64,000 bases of DNA from Balanoglossus misakiensis (taxonomy: Eukaryota; Animalia; Hemichordata): the NCBI GenBank assembly GCA_040954595.2, contig CM082591.2:10371309-10435308 (forward strand), read 5' to 3'. Of this stretch, positions 11,799-24,753 are shown piece by piece (positions within the stretch are counted from its first letter, which is position 1; every line of letters starts with the position of its first letter). The position numbers were made by a program, and so were the translations under genes. Below the pieces are notes generated by a model that had not been told where the DNA came from, made no database searches, and was given only the letters and a program-made list of their open reading frames with translations.

Positions 11799-14633
11799 TT
11801 AGTCGTGGCAGCATATGGCAACAGCATAAATGTAATTGCCGTTTCCTCCATTGGCCGCTATACATTCATCAGCAGCTGGAAAATAATTAAATAACAATAA
11901 TAAACTTCACACCCTGAGAAAGATAGAAATTGGAACAACACAATCTTATCGAAATATGTAACTGCGGTTTGTGTTAGCTTATGATTCAATGACAAACCCT
12001 GTAATGTACTGAACACAAAATCTATGAATATCTGGAATGTCTGAAATATTGGGAATTCACAAATATGAACTTTTCTTGTTTGTGATTCTATTAAACGTCA
12101 TATTCCCAAACTTCCTTGGAAAACGCTCCCGTATTTTAAGTTGACATTTGCCTACCAAAAGGAAAAGAAAAAGTGAGAAAATGTAAAAAGTGAAGAAAGA
12201 TGGTGATGATATTGGGACTGGTTCCCTATAGCATAATCAGTATTTGTACCTGAAATATAGGCACCGTCGTTCACTTTGTAAAAAGTGTACGAATTGCATC
12301 CTGTGAGAGTCCAACCATGGTCACATGACACACGTGCGATGCTACCACGTCCACCATGACCTCTCGTACTCCATTTTGCTTTGCAGTGTAACCCAGGAGC
12401 ACTACAGTAAACAGCATGTGCCCATACTCCTGTTGAATATGAGTAGAAAGATTTCAACACAAATATGAAATCATTCGAATTGAACAAATTGTTGGTGGTT
12501 TATACATGTTGGAGGATTTTTATTCTCGTCGCCAACAATCAACATAATAACAACGACTATAAATACTAATTGAACGCTAACCTTGGCCACCTGCCCCGTT
12601 TTGTGCTATACATTGTCCGTCTTTGATGTCCGTCAAGCTTGTTGATATGTCTGAATTTGGTTTGGCTCCGTCAATATTTTCCAAAAAGTAGATGCAGAAC
12701 ACACTATACTCAAAACGGAAGGTATGGCTTAAAGGGACAAAGTCTCTCTCCAGCTGCCCCTTTTCCATTAATTATGTTTGATACAAGACACTAGTTATGT
12801 TAATGTAAATGTGGATATATAGTGAATCAATGATCAACCACACTAAACTTCCATCCCACTTGTATGATATTAGAGTAAAAACTCGCCCAAAATGAATAAA
12901 TGGTAAAGAACGATTATTCATATTGGCGAGTTTTTTCACTCTCCTGTCTATAAGAGGGATGGAAGTTGTGTAAGGTTGAACGTTCATTCACTATATATCC
13001 ACATGTAGAATAACAAACGGTGTCTTGTATCAAATATAATTAATGGAAAAAAGGGCAGCGAGAGAGAGACTTTGTCCCTTTAATGGGGTGATCAGTCAAA
13101 GGAAGTTTATGCTTGTGCCATCAGCATAACAGTTCGGTCCAAGTATCCAATAATGCTGGACATACTCGTAACAATAACATGAAATTTATAAACATGTTAA
13201 TATTATACAGTAGGGCTTCTTGTTCTGAATAGCATATTTCAAGGGTGTTTTTTTAATGTTCTGTGCGAAAATGAAGCATATTATCAGCCAGAATTACCTG
13301 TCAATTGTGTGTTGGTTCCTGGGCGCACAAACGATACTCTGTCTGTGTCGTCGTCTCCTCTCCCGGATCTCGTACCTGTTGCATACCCACACGTTAGACC
13401 TTCCCTTGTACAACATCTTGCATATGCACGTACACGTGCCTCTGAAAATGAGACGTTAAACTGTTTTGAATTGTAGCACGCCATGTACCTGATTTAAAAT
13501 ATCTCAAAATAAATGTTTTGATATCACCATATTGACAGATGTGACAGTATATACGAACTATGGGCCAAGAGAAAACATATACATGTACATGTATAATTAC
13601 AAGGCGATTTGACTTTGAAAATATTACCAAAAACGTGCTCAAATACTTAGCAGTTAATTATAAAAACCTAACATACCAGATCCGTGGGCTCCAGCACGTG
13701 CAACACAGGAAACACGCCCATCGCTCGCAACCTCTATGAATTCTCCATCTCGGGTTCCGTGTGTGTGTCCTGCTACACCCTGTCATCTGCTCGGTTCCAC
13801 GACAGGACACTCCAACTAGGCTATCGTCATAGTCCCCAGATAACACGGACTGTCTGGTGATGCATTGCAACCGAGGGTCTTGTTGTGTGACAGGAAAGCA
13901 AGTTTATCAGAAAAAGACATTTATTCTGTTTATGTGTGTGTCTGTGTGTGTGCGTGCGTGCGCGCGCGCATAAAAGGGGATATTTTACATGCTTATCATG
14001 ATATCATACGATATTTCGACAAAACGACAACGACTTGTTCATGTCAAACTTGTCAAAACATAGTCCTCTTGCGATTAGGCGTATGTACCAAACTAATGCA
14101 TCAAAATATGTATTACGTCTACTTTAAATGACGTATTCATAAGGATTACATTTCCAAGTCTACTCACTTCTGTAGTCGATGCACTCGGAGCAAGTGCAAT
14201 GATTATTTGTATTACCACACCAATCTTTAGGTGAACGGCACGGATATTCACCATCCGGATCACACTCTGCCGGACTGCCATCGGGAAGGGGGTAGTTTTC
14301 TCCACACCTTCGGTCATCTCGCCATGTCTTGTGACCGTCTGATGGATCGATGCCATAATATTTGAAAATAAAGTCAACCTCATACAAACGCATTTACAGT
14401 TACACACCGGAAACATACCTTTAGTAAACGCATAAGTTTTGCTAATACCATTAATAATTCTCATAATAGTTTTTTTGTATAAAAACATTGCTGAATGAAA
14501 ACGATGAATGTATGTAGTGTGTGAAAATTGCTTATTGTAAGTTGAATGTTTAATGTAGTGTATACTCACATGTCGCATAAGTTAATGCTGAGAAAAGAAC
14601 GAACAGTGTAATAGGACCAAATGAAACCATCAT
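11799..14633 (-). pseudogene. 7-exon secreted Cys-rich protein: signal peptide + hevein/chitin-binding-like domain + 3 PCSK9-CTD/resistin-like modules; disabled
   Basis: Exons 14633-14570 (MMVSFGPITLFVLFSALTYAT), 14338-14168 (WRDDRRCG...AECDP...WCG...HCTCSECIDYR), 13878-13677, 13441-13298, 12703-12582, 12429-12250, 11875-11799 (DECIAANGGNGNYIYAVAICCHD*). All introns are phase-1 GT-AG once the frameshifts are corrected. AATAAA at 11699-11694. Frameshifts in the (AC)n run ~13759-13768 and the A4 run ~12677-12680; probable Cys-to-R/F/Y changes. Confidence 0.75.
12733..13079. mobile_element. Kolobok-like MITE (347 bp) in intron 4 of the secreted-protein gene
   Basis: TTAA|AGGGACAAAGTCTCTCTC ... 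GAGAGAGACTTTGTCCCT|TTAA, with ~90-bp imperfect TIRs. TTAA TSD with AG..CT termini. Confidence 0.75.
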
Positions 14634-15109
14634 GTCGATGAGTCTCCAAACCCAGGATATGTTCGCGACTACATACATTCAGGTGGAATGGGACTGTTTT
14701 TAAAGGCTACCAACGAATGAAATTTGAACAGACGAATTCCATACTTTCCAATAACATACTAAGTCAATGGACGAAAACAGTTTGCGGTCCGGATGTTTTT
14801 GAAGAATATTGACAAACCCTATAGAAGTATAAAGTAGGGGTTCGTATGTGTGGGATAGGATAGGCAGTCCCCTACCGTTTGTCGAGTCATCGATTTTTTC
14901 GTGTTCTGCTCCGAAACCATGGGTAATGTTGGATCAAGCGAATTGAAACTTTGTCAAGCGGAAGTTAAAGCTAGTAAATACACATTTCCAATTTCGTTCA
15001 ACAGTTACTAAGGAAAAAGCTTATTGAAATTTAATCAAGAGGAATAAATAGTGCTAATTTATGGCTTCTACGAAAAAATGCCCCCCCTCCCCCTTTTTTT
15101 CCAATGTAC

Positions 15110-15560
15110 ATATTTATCATCAGACTTCCGTGCCAATTGCTTCGAATGGATGCACAAACAGTGTGAACCGTAAGCTGATGTTGTGTTTGCCATCTCTATG
15201 GGCTATGTGCCCCCAATTGTTACCGAGGTCAGCTGCAACAAAGTCTCAGTGTTTTTTAGTGGTTATTATCCCTAATGACCTTCTACGCTGACCTTTGCCT
15301 ATTACATGTATCTTCACCAAACCCTTGACAGAATGACAGATTGGGATCCTGGTATCGGCTGATCACCAAGTGTTATGCTGACTTCATGTCTACCACCAAC
15401 ATCTACGCGAATTCTCAGACTGTTTGTACCATCTCTGTCATCAACAACTCCAATGTCTTCTTGTGACCCATCTTCTTTGCAGATCTTTGCTCTGATTGCT
15501 TTGCATGGTGTGACAGGTTTCCCTTTTCTGTCGTAGAGGGCAGTGGATCATATATGTTTG
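15110..15560 (-). pseudogene. Decayed TRIM-NHL (TRIM2/3-like) fragment: filamin repeat running into the first NHL repeat
   Basis: An ATG-less frame reads LYDRKGKPVTPCKAIRAKICKEDGSQEDIGVVDDRDGTNSLRIRVDVGGRHEVSITLGDQPIPGSQSVI, fitting the filamin VxDxxDGT...GxHxVSxxxxxxxIxGS pattern. After a frameshift: VKGLVKIHVIGKG...DFVAADLGNN (NHL-like). Stops present. Confidence 0.6.
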
Positions 15561-18023
15561 TCCCGGCTGTTTTGTCTCCAAACCTTTCATTTGTATATGT
15601 GCGTGTACATTATAACGTTTGATGAGTCCTCGTGAAATCGAAGAAGAAAACAGGATTTTCACCGACTTGTTTTCGTGAAAATCACTACTTTAACATCGCC
15701 GTAAGCTACGAGCCTCTTTGCGGCAACAGTTACTACGTTGTCAGACGAGGAGCGAGAATGGCGGTCATTAGACTTAAACTGACAGAGAATCCATCGAAAA
15801 CCAAAACTTTTACTGTGGCCATTACGTGTGACATCTTTGAGTCCATCGCTGTATTTACACATAGTCACTTTCTTTGGCTTTGTAATATAACAATTATTGA
15901 CAACATACAATACTTTCAAATCCACAGGTGAAACCCATACTCCCAATTTAACCTTCTTAAGTAGACAGTTGCGTGAAGGATATCGGATGCCAAAGCCTGA
16001 CCATTGCACAGACGACATGTATGGTGTACAATGTAATTAGACATTGCTGGAAGGCAGACCCGGATGAGAGACACGCAGCCACTGGTGTTATAAATAACAT
16101 ATCCAGACTGCAACAAAGTCTAGACCTGCCTAGATGTTGCCCGTAAACATGGTGACCAGAAGCCCCCCAAAACTTGAGTAAGTGTACTGCACAGGAAGGA
16201 ACATTACTACCGCGTGGTCGTCATATATCATTCGGTGGATCATTCAAATTTTACCATTTGAAAGGAGATGACCCTGATTGACGTAATAGTATATCGATAT
16301 ATTGTAAGTTAACAACATTGATTTTAGTCACCGACACTCCATCAAACATGTTTTATTGAGACAGTCGTAAGATGCTCAAATAAAAACGTCGATGACAGTG
16401 TCCTGCAACTCACCAGGGGGCACAGATTGCCGATCCGAAACCGACAGCCGAATGAAATCACCGACCACAATGAGAAAAATCAAACAAGTCCAACATAACC
16501 GTCACAACTTCTTAGAATCTGCCAAGCTTTTCTGTTCATTTTATTCTGGTTTTCAAAAGGATGTCTGTTTTTGGGGGCTATCAGTATCTGCCCACAAATC
16601 CCACAGCCCCTCCCGCCGTCCATGCTGGCTTATGGTCTGATTGCATGTGTGCCCGGCGAGAGCTACACAACACCACATTTGGCTTCTCCCTTGCTAAGCG
16701 GTTGAGGGCGCGTCAGTGAAGAGCCTTGTAGCGAACCATGGGCTGTTCGAGAGTCTAACACTAAAGCATACACACTTATAGCATTTTAACTCTCTTTCTT
16801 TCGCGAAGTTTTAACTGCATGCCTTTGCCTATTCCATTGTTAACTTTGTGTCGTGTATTGTTATATGAAAAAGTTAAATTATTTTCGGATCCTCCCGTTA
16901 TACCCAACAGTAATTTTCAAGCCCTCCCCCCCACCACCCTTAAAGCTGTCAAACCCACCTTGAATGCATTCTATCCCAGTACCAATTTTTGAGATCGCTT
17001 ATCATGATCATGGCATGCACGTTTACGCTACATCTGTTGAAATTGATTATGGCAATGAGGTAAAAGAAACATATTTTCAGTATGAACAATTGACTTCAGT
17101 GGTGATCTTTTAGAATAGGAGATACTATCAACTCGTTTTATGTTGCGGCGGGTTTATTTTGCGAGTTTAAATCCAGACGAAAGTTAACTTGAACCTAATT
17201 TGGATTGGGGTTGTCTAGTACTGTAGCGTAGCGATGACGGCTAAATGACAATACACGCTGCGCAAATGCTGTTGTACACCGCTGCCTATGCCCTTTACAG
17301 TTTGGCCGAGTGCGCGCCACCTACGGCCAGAACTGAATATCTGTCATCTGCATTACAACCACGCAGCTATGGCCGCACACCGAATTTGGACATACATCTG
17401 AAATTATTCAAACGTCAAGTGTTTAAAGGCGGTGTAACAGTTATTGAGACTTAGCTCGTGTTCAAATTAAAATATATCATCTTGAGTCGAATGGCTTTAT
17501 TTCACGAGAAAATCATAATACGGAACACGAAAACTGGAAAACGTCAATCCGCAGCTTGTTTGTTGGCAGACAGCCACAATTGTGTTAACTACAAACAAAA
17601 TAAGGGGATGGACCCAGTGCACTCCTATAATGATCGATTATATGTAATGCTTATATCATCGAATGATCGATTATAATAATAAAACATCATGTGTGAAAAG
17701 TGCGTGAAGTCACGTTGTCACATCTTGATGGGACGCATTATGAAACTGACAGACATGTGTGCTGACGTTTTTGTCCAATCACCGACGGCGATATACTAAT
17801 TGTCTTGTATTTTCATCGATAAAATGATTGAAATTATTGTTGGCAAATCGGGTAGGATTCGTACCTTAAACACTTGGCACCACCAAGACCATGATGTATC
17901 TTTAGGCACGCATATAGTAGACCAGGTAAGTCAGACTTAAAAGGTCATTCGAGGTCAATCCAGCCCAAACTCCCACCCCTAATTCTTTGACAATTAATAA
18001 TTACGGATCAAATCAGATAAATG

Positions 18024-18031
18024 TATATAAA
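18024..18031 (+). promoter_or_regulatory. Putative TATA box of the acidic-repeat gene (copy B at 36124-36131)
   Basis: TATATAAA, followed by a splice donor GTAAGC at 18107 and acceptors just upstream of the ATG at 18529. Confidence 0.4.
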
Positions 18032-18528
18032 GGGCACGGTATGACCTATAGTGGAGTCGAACAATCCCACTGTAATAAATGCGTAGGTGCCAATTTATAT
18101 ATATTGGTAAGCAAGCAAGGACATGTTACAATACTAGTGACAGCACAGACTGCATAGTATAGAGTCAGAGAACGAACACTTTGCTGCAGAAGTCAGTCTT
18201 TTCTCATTTAAAAGACATTCAAGGTATGTACACAGCTCGTGTAGACAAGACTTGCAGTGGAAAAGTATTGGCTTTGGCAGTTATAGGCCGACATGTATTA
18301 CTAGAGTGTAATTGGCGATATTTTGACGGTAGCGTTATTATGTACAAAAGTCACGCTCACAGAAGTATACTTTACATAAGCTAGCAACTAGACACGGGTA
18401 CTGTATACCTAACTATGGGGTTGAGTTTGCTTCAACAGAACACAGTTTTTTCTGGTATACACCAACGCGCACATTTCTTCATTTGGGCACTTTCTGGTTA
18501 AAACAGTTAAACAGCGCTGAGTTTTTCA

Positions 18529-19393
18529 ATGGGTCGACTTTTCTCTGGGTTTAGATCCCGAAAACGAATGGCTGATACGGACAAAAATGTTGAAACAGAG
18601 GACAGACAAGGAGTTGGGACCCCTCCTGAGTTATCACACGATAAAGAAAACACTGCCGAAGGTGAAGTAACAGCAACCACTGAAAAGACTGAAGACACTT
18701 CAGCAGATACAGAAGCAGATGAAAAGAAACAAAAAGAACCGGCAACTGATGCAGCGGAAGACAACCACTGAAAAGACTGAAGACACTTCAGCAGATACAG
18801 CAGCTGATGAAAAGAAAGATAAAGAACCAGCAACGGATGCAGCGGAAGATGAAGTAACAACAACCACTGATAACACTGTAGAAACGCCAGCAGATGCACC
18901 AGCAGATGAAAAGAAAGATGAAGAACCAGCAACTGATGCAGCGGAAGATGAAGTAACAACAACCACTGAAAAGACCGTAGAAACGTCAGCAGATGCACCA
19001 GCAGATGAAAAGAAAGATGACGAACCAGCAACTGATGCAGCGGAAGATGAAGTAACAACAACCACTGAAAAGACCGTAGAAACGTCAGCAGATGCACCAG
19101 CAGATGAAAAGAAAGATGAAGAACCAGCAACGGATGCAGCGGAAGATGAAGTAACAGCAACCACTGATAAGGCTGAAGAAACGCCAGCAGATGCAGCAGC
19201 TGATGAAAAGAAAGATAAAGTACCAGCAACTGACGCAGCGGAAGATGAAGTAACAGCAACCACTGAAAAGACTGAAGACACTTCAACAGATGCACCAACG
19301 GATGAAAGGAAAGCTGAAGGGATAGAAACGGCAGAAGTCACCAAAGACGATGAAGAAACAACACAAACAGCTGATGTTAAAATCGAATCAAAG
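18529..19393 (+). pseudogene. Acidic Glu/Asp/Thr/Ala/Lys-rich 33-aa-repeat protein exon with an MGxxxS N-terminus; frameshifted
   Basis: MGRLFSGFRSRKRMADTDK..., then 99-bp units (EVTTTTEKTVETSADAPADEKKDEEPATDAAED). An 11-nt deletion at ~18761 (GAAGA^CAACC) splits ORFs 18529..18771 and 18719..19504. Donor AAG|GTATGT at 19393/19394. Confidence 0.7.
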
Positions 19394-21103
19394 GTATGTA
19401 CACTTTATTTTTTGGGAAATCGTGACGTTTGTGTTCCGATTCTTTCAAAATGCATCATTGACCATAAAACTGTTGACCCCGTCCATTGTAGTCACCAGTT
19501 ATAGTTCTAGTGCGGGAGGTTTTGATTTAAAAATCGCAAACAATTGTTACAATTTTGGACACGATCCGATCCGATACAATGCGGGATATCTGAATCGTAT
19601 TTCAGCCATGAAGTCACCTTCGGTCACCTTCATTCCCGGCTTACCGAGAGCAACCTGTAGTAATGGCTGCATTTATCAGGACGATAAGGGTACACAGCAA
19701 TTAGTTCTCTTTGTCAAAGGTTATTGTGGCGCTGTACACAAAAGGTTAATATTCAAACTCCCAAAGTACAAACACTGTCTTGCAGCAGGCCTAATCATCG
19801 TTCACACAATGTTAAAACAATACGATTCTGAACAATGCTATAGGCAATGCTTCTCGCGAAAATTCTCGACTCCAGGTTCATGCAAATATTTGAATAACAG
19901 TCAACGAAACGTGTTGTTATTCTGAAGAATTGAAGACGCAAACCACTAACATTATTTTGGGTTACTTGACCCAGTTCACGCAGACTCAGCCATTATCGGG
20001 GTCACGCATTACGTATTGATGATTAGACCAGACGACAATGCAAAACAATACGAACGAGAACGCCACTGTAATTGACAACGCACTATAGAACATAAAACAG
20101 TACAAACATATTCACAGACGATAAAATATATTATTAAAATTCCCTAATCTCTACTATGCCTGTAGACACAGGCTTAGACTGATGCGGTTTTAGTAAGTTT
20201 TGTCATTTATTCAGTAATATTTCGACCGAAGCCTCGTAAATTGACTAGAAATGAGTTTGACGTCAATTCAGATCTACCAGCCTTGGGTGCATCGTTATTC
20301 GAATTTCACCTACATTTGGTTGTTAACTTAGTATTTAATTAAAATGTAATCACAGGCCTTAAAATGCCGAAATCGTTCTGAAAAGGCAAACTATTCTTAA
20401 CATTGTGTCCGACGCCTTTATTGGCTTTGCGAAATTCACCACAATACGTATACATGTACGCGGCGCCTTTGAGAAACATTGGCCACACCGGGAGAGCCTG
20501 TTGCATTGAGCCACAAAGCCACTGAATATTAATTAAACAATAAATCTTACGTCATATCGGTATTTTTGGACAACTGCCAAGAATATTGCAACGTCCAGAC
20601 CGGCTTAATATGAGTACACGGGGGCTTGAATGATTGCAAATTTATGTGAAGAAAAAGAGACCCCATGTCAAATTTTGACAAATGACTTAAACCTTGGCAA
20701 TTCTAAACAGAGAAATAAACCAAGCATGCAGTATTCACTCATCTATTTGGTGCATTTGAACTTGTCTTTCCACAAACAATTACAGAGATGCACACAAATA
20801 GTCTATTGTTTGCTGTGGCATAGCTGAAATACCCTGGACACAGTACTTGTCCGTTAAAGTGCCCAGCCATGCAGAGAAGCCATGGTCGGCTTTGTCTGCA
20901 CATGCGCCGGTCTCAACTTGTTGCACTGTCCCATCAATCATTAAGGAAGACCCGAATAAATCTGCCAAAGCTTGAGCACTGGATGCAGATAAAAACGCTG
21001 AGTCGTCCAAATTCACGGAGGTGTAAATCACAAAATATTTTCATTGAGTCCAACGATAGCACTTATCATGTTTCATTCCTGTGTATAAGAGCTTTGATGT
21101 ATA

Positions 21104-21287
21104 CTGTAAAACGTTTTTTTTCGCGAGCAATACATTTTCGCGAAATACGGGAGAGTAAACAAAACACGTGAAAATAAAAAGTCGAGTATTTGTTTTCAGA
21201 AATACCGATGCAGAGATATACGAGAATGCGAAAATTAATCCTCGCGTAACAGTTGCCTATTTTGAAAAATCCTGTCCCGTTTTACAG
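21104..21287. mobile_element. Tc1/mariner-pogo-like MITE (copy B at 39303-39486)
   Basis: TA|CTGTAAAACG ... CGTTTTACAG|TA. Confidence 0.65.
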
Positions 21288-22248
21288 TATTCCCGGTATT
21301 CCCCACGCATAATGTGGAATGGAATACCTATAATCCCAGTGGGAATTGTCTCATAACCGGTGACGTATTTTTCTAACGAATAATCTTACATTGAAATTTG
21401 ACGGGATGTGTTGCTTACTGTACATTTGTCGTCTGTTGTCGAGTCTGTGATTTAGAATAGTACGTTTATCCGATGATCGAACCAGTATACGACAAACTTG
21501 GCATGTAGCCAAATTTACCACACACCCACGAATCTTTGGTGAAGTACGCTGAGTATAGCACGTAGTGAAAACTTTGCCGACCCAAAACAGAGTACGATTG
21601 TACTTAAATTGAACATGTTAATGTTTAAAGGTGGCCCTGCAGTTTATCCGATAATTTTGGCTGTTTTTCACACTTTAAGATAAACCAAGCGATTGTTGTT
21701 GTTTTTACAATGTAAATAAGTTCTTGACATTCTTCTCAAGATATTTCTATCCCAACCGAAATTGACTTGGTTCATAATTGAAAAATCTTAAATTTTTAAA
21801 GATGATTCTAAACATATATATAAACAAAAAAAATATTTTGTTTGTTGAAAAACTACTCACAGCGGGAGGAAACGGCATTTCAATTCGTTCAATGTGATTT
21901 TCATCATTGTCAAATCTTGGATTTTTTAGAGCACTGTCAACAATGACGTACACGATTAGGCCTTACTAACGCAATAAATTTATTTTTACTTAACATGCAA
22001 GCTCCTGTATCTAATGAAGTATTGATTTTAAGATTTTTCCAAATACTCTTTATAAATTAAAAAAGGGGGTTTTCGGCGGACCAAATATCTGGTTTCAAGA
22101 TGAACCACCAACTTTGTCAGTTGTCTTTGATGAGTAACATATCTCTAAAAGTAGGTCATCTCTAAATTAATTTCTTGATTTCTGTTTCACGTCCGGGATG
22201 AATTCAAACCAAAAAGAGTCGTACAAGGGTGTCCATTTGAGCGTTGTT

Positions 22249-24083
22249 TGTATCACCCCAATATGTAATAATTAAACCAATATGTAATACTAACCCAATA
22301 TGTAATAACGCCTTAACCCAATATGTAATACTAACCCAATATGTAATAACACTAAACCCAATATGTAATACTAACCCAATATGTAATAACACTTAAGCCA
22401 ATATGTAATAAACTTTAATTCTACATGTAATAAACGTTATCAGCTAGCTGCATATGTAATAAGCGTTAACCCTATATGTTATAGACTTGAATTTTACATG
22501 AAATAAACGTTTTCAGTTAACCCTATATGTAATAAACGTTAACCCTATATGTAATAAACTTTAGTTCTACATGAAATAACGTTAATTCTACATGAAAAAA
22601 TACGTTATTAGTTAACCCTATATCTAATAAACTTTATTTCTACATGAAATAACGTTAATTCTACATGAAAAAAACGTTATTAGTTAACCCTATATGTAAT
22701 AAACTTTAACCCTGTATGTAATAAACTTTAACCCAATATGTAACACTAACCCAATATGTAATACCACTTAAACCAATATGTAACACTAACCCAATATGTA
22801 ATAACACTTTAACCCAATATGTAATACTAACCCAATATGTAATAACACCTTAACCCAATATGTAATACTAACCCAATATGTAATAACACCTTAACCCAAT
22901 ATGTAATACTAACCCAATATGTAATAACACTTTAACCCAATATGTAATCACACTGCCCTAATGTGTTTGAATATGTAATATTAACCCAATAGAGTTGAAG
23001 TAAAACTCAAGTCTTTATAAAAGTAGTGAAATCAAGTTGTGTACGCATGTGTGACATCAACATATTGTCTCAGATGGAAGCTTCCAGATATATACAGAGA
23101 ATACCCAGGACACATAATTGACATGGAAAATTTCTAAATTTTAGACAGAGAATCTGATGTATTAATGAAGCCATATATATCAGGACACTTCAACCCTCAC
23201 TTGTACAGATGGGGGCAGGGGGGGTCATCTTTTTTTAAAAAACGTATAGGGGGTTCACGTACTTTTGCCACAAAACTTGTGCTTTTGAGTCCACAAAATT
23301 GCAGTTCCGCACCCTTTATTTTACAAAATTTTCTAATCCCCAGCGTACCCCCGGGGCCTCCCCACCTCGGGTGATACGGGACAAATGTGGCGAATTAGCC
23401 CGGTGGTTGCAGTCCTCTAGTGGTTGGATCCGTATACTAACAGCCGAAAGTAATAGTTTCGCAAAATATAGCATAAAGCTAGAGGTTCAAACAAACAAAA
23501 TTTACCTTGATTTCGTGTGGATGTAAAGGTTAGGTAAATCTATCACTATGTTAACTTTACCAGGACTATCAAGTAATTCGCTGGGTTAAGCGGGAAGTGT
23601 TGCCCCTCTATCACCACCTCTATACATTAGGGCAGTGTTATTACATATTGGGTTAAGGTCTTATTACATATTGGGTTAGTGTTACATATTGGGTTAACGT
23701 TTATTACATATAGGGTTAACGTTTATTACATATAGGGTTAACGTTTATTACATATAGGGTTAACTAATAACGTTTTTTCATGTAGAATTAACGTTATTTC
23801 ATGTAGAATTAAAGTTTATTACATATAGGGTTAACGTTTATTACATATAGGGTTAACTGAAAACGTTTATTTCATGTAAAATTCAAGTTTATAACATATA
23901 GGGTTAACGCTTATTACATATGCAGCTAGCTGATAACGTTTATTACATGTAGAATTAAAGTTTATTACATATTGGGTTAAGTGTTATTACATATTGGGTT
24001 AGTATTACATATTGGGTTAAGTGTTATTACATATTGGGTTAGTATTACATATTGGGTTAATTATTACATATTGGGGTGATACA
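22249..24083. mobile_element. Foldback-type element whose long inverted arms are built of ~17-22-bp minisatellite units (AACCCAATATGTAATA)
   Basis: Left end TGTATCACCCCAATATGTAATAATTAA is the reverse complement of the right end TTAATTATTACATATTGGGGTGATACA. Arms ~22249-22965 and ~23624-24083; unique spacer between them. Confidence 0.8.
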
Positions 24084-24177
24084 CTCTCTGGCGTGTTGGC
24101 ATGGAAACGTTGATCATAGTTTCTGCCAGCCGAACAGCAACAACAGGATGCCATTAAAAGTTTCAATTGTATTTTAA

Positions 24178-24753
24178 AGGTCCCATGTCATGCTTTGGAA
24201 AGTTTTCATTTTTCCACGTCAAAAGCTCACCTAGGGTACCTGTCTATGCATTGCCTATTGTGTCGGTTCCGAAAAATGTGCGCGAATGCCAGAATTTGCC
24301 CCCTTTTTTCATGCCTGTGATCAGGGAGCCACTTCGCACTCGAGCCAGGCGAAGGTATTTGCATATGGACAAACAAGTACACTACGTCGTAGTGTACCAT
24401 TCTGTTTACAGTAAAGTGTAATTATCGGTCCATGAGTAATTAAGTCCACAGACAAAGACAAGCTATATAAACAGTGTTCAAAGCAAAGGAAGCCCTTGCT
24501 TCACATTGCAGGCAGAGGATTTACAAAGGTGTGAAAGACTATTCGTCCACATCAAGATAAGTCTTCGGCTTAACTTCGAAAAGCCGAAAAAAATCGACTG
24601 AGTTGGGTTAGGGGTACACGCCCACCCGCCACTTTTACTTGTTTGTTATCTAAGCACAAGGGGCAAAACGCATTGCAAGATAGTAACATACGTTAACTTC
24701 AAGACCCAAATAGTGATTTTACGCGTGGTTGTATAGGGCATGGCATGGGACCT
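24178..24753. mobile_element. Kolobok-like non-autonomous element, 576 bp (copy B at 42032-42607)
   Basis: TTAA|AGGTCCCATGTCATGC ... GCATGGCATGGGACCT|TTAA. A paralogous empty site is visible at ~27733-27760 (TGTATTTTAGGATCCGAGTCACCAGG). Confidence 0.8.

Noticed and set aside
16700-16760. Hammerhead-ribozyme-like GTGAAGAG-CCTTGTAG-CGAAC (also ~34815-34840)
   Set aside because: The catalytic core is imperfect (no CUGANGA, GAAC instead of GAAA) and I could not build stems I and III.
18507-19344. Long Leu/His-rich and Ser/Ala-rich minus-strand ORFs (also 36607..37497 and 36800..37480)
   Set aside because: Antisense frames of the 99-bp coding repeat, kept open by its periodicity.
19350-19925. 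191-aa ORF (also 37549..38124)
   Set aside because: Runs through the intron after the 19393 donor and has no motif; its conservation merely reflects the recent duplication.
20780-21031. 83-aa minus-strand ORF, or a possible plus-strand terminal exon of the acidic-repeat gene
   Set aside because: No recognisable motif; the plus-strand reading has stops and the splice phase does not clearly fit.
22254-22985. Short regularly spaced repeats superficially like a CRISPR array
   Set aside because: No unique spacers, eukaryotic context and no cas genes; it is a minisatellite within a foldback element.
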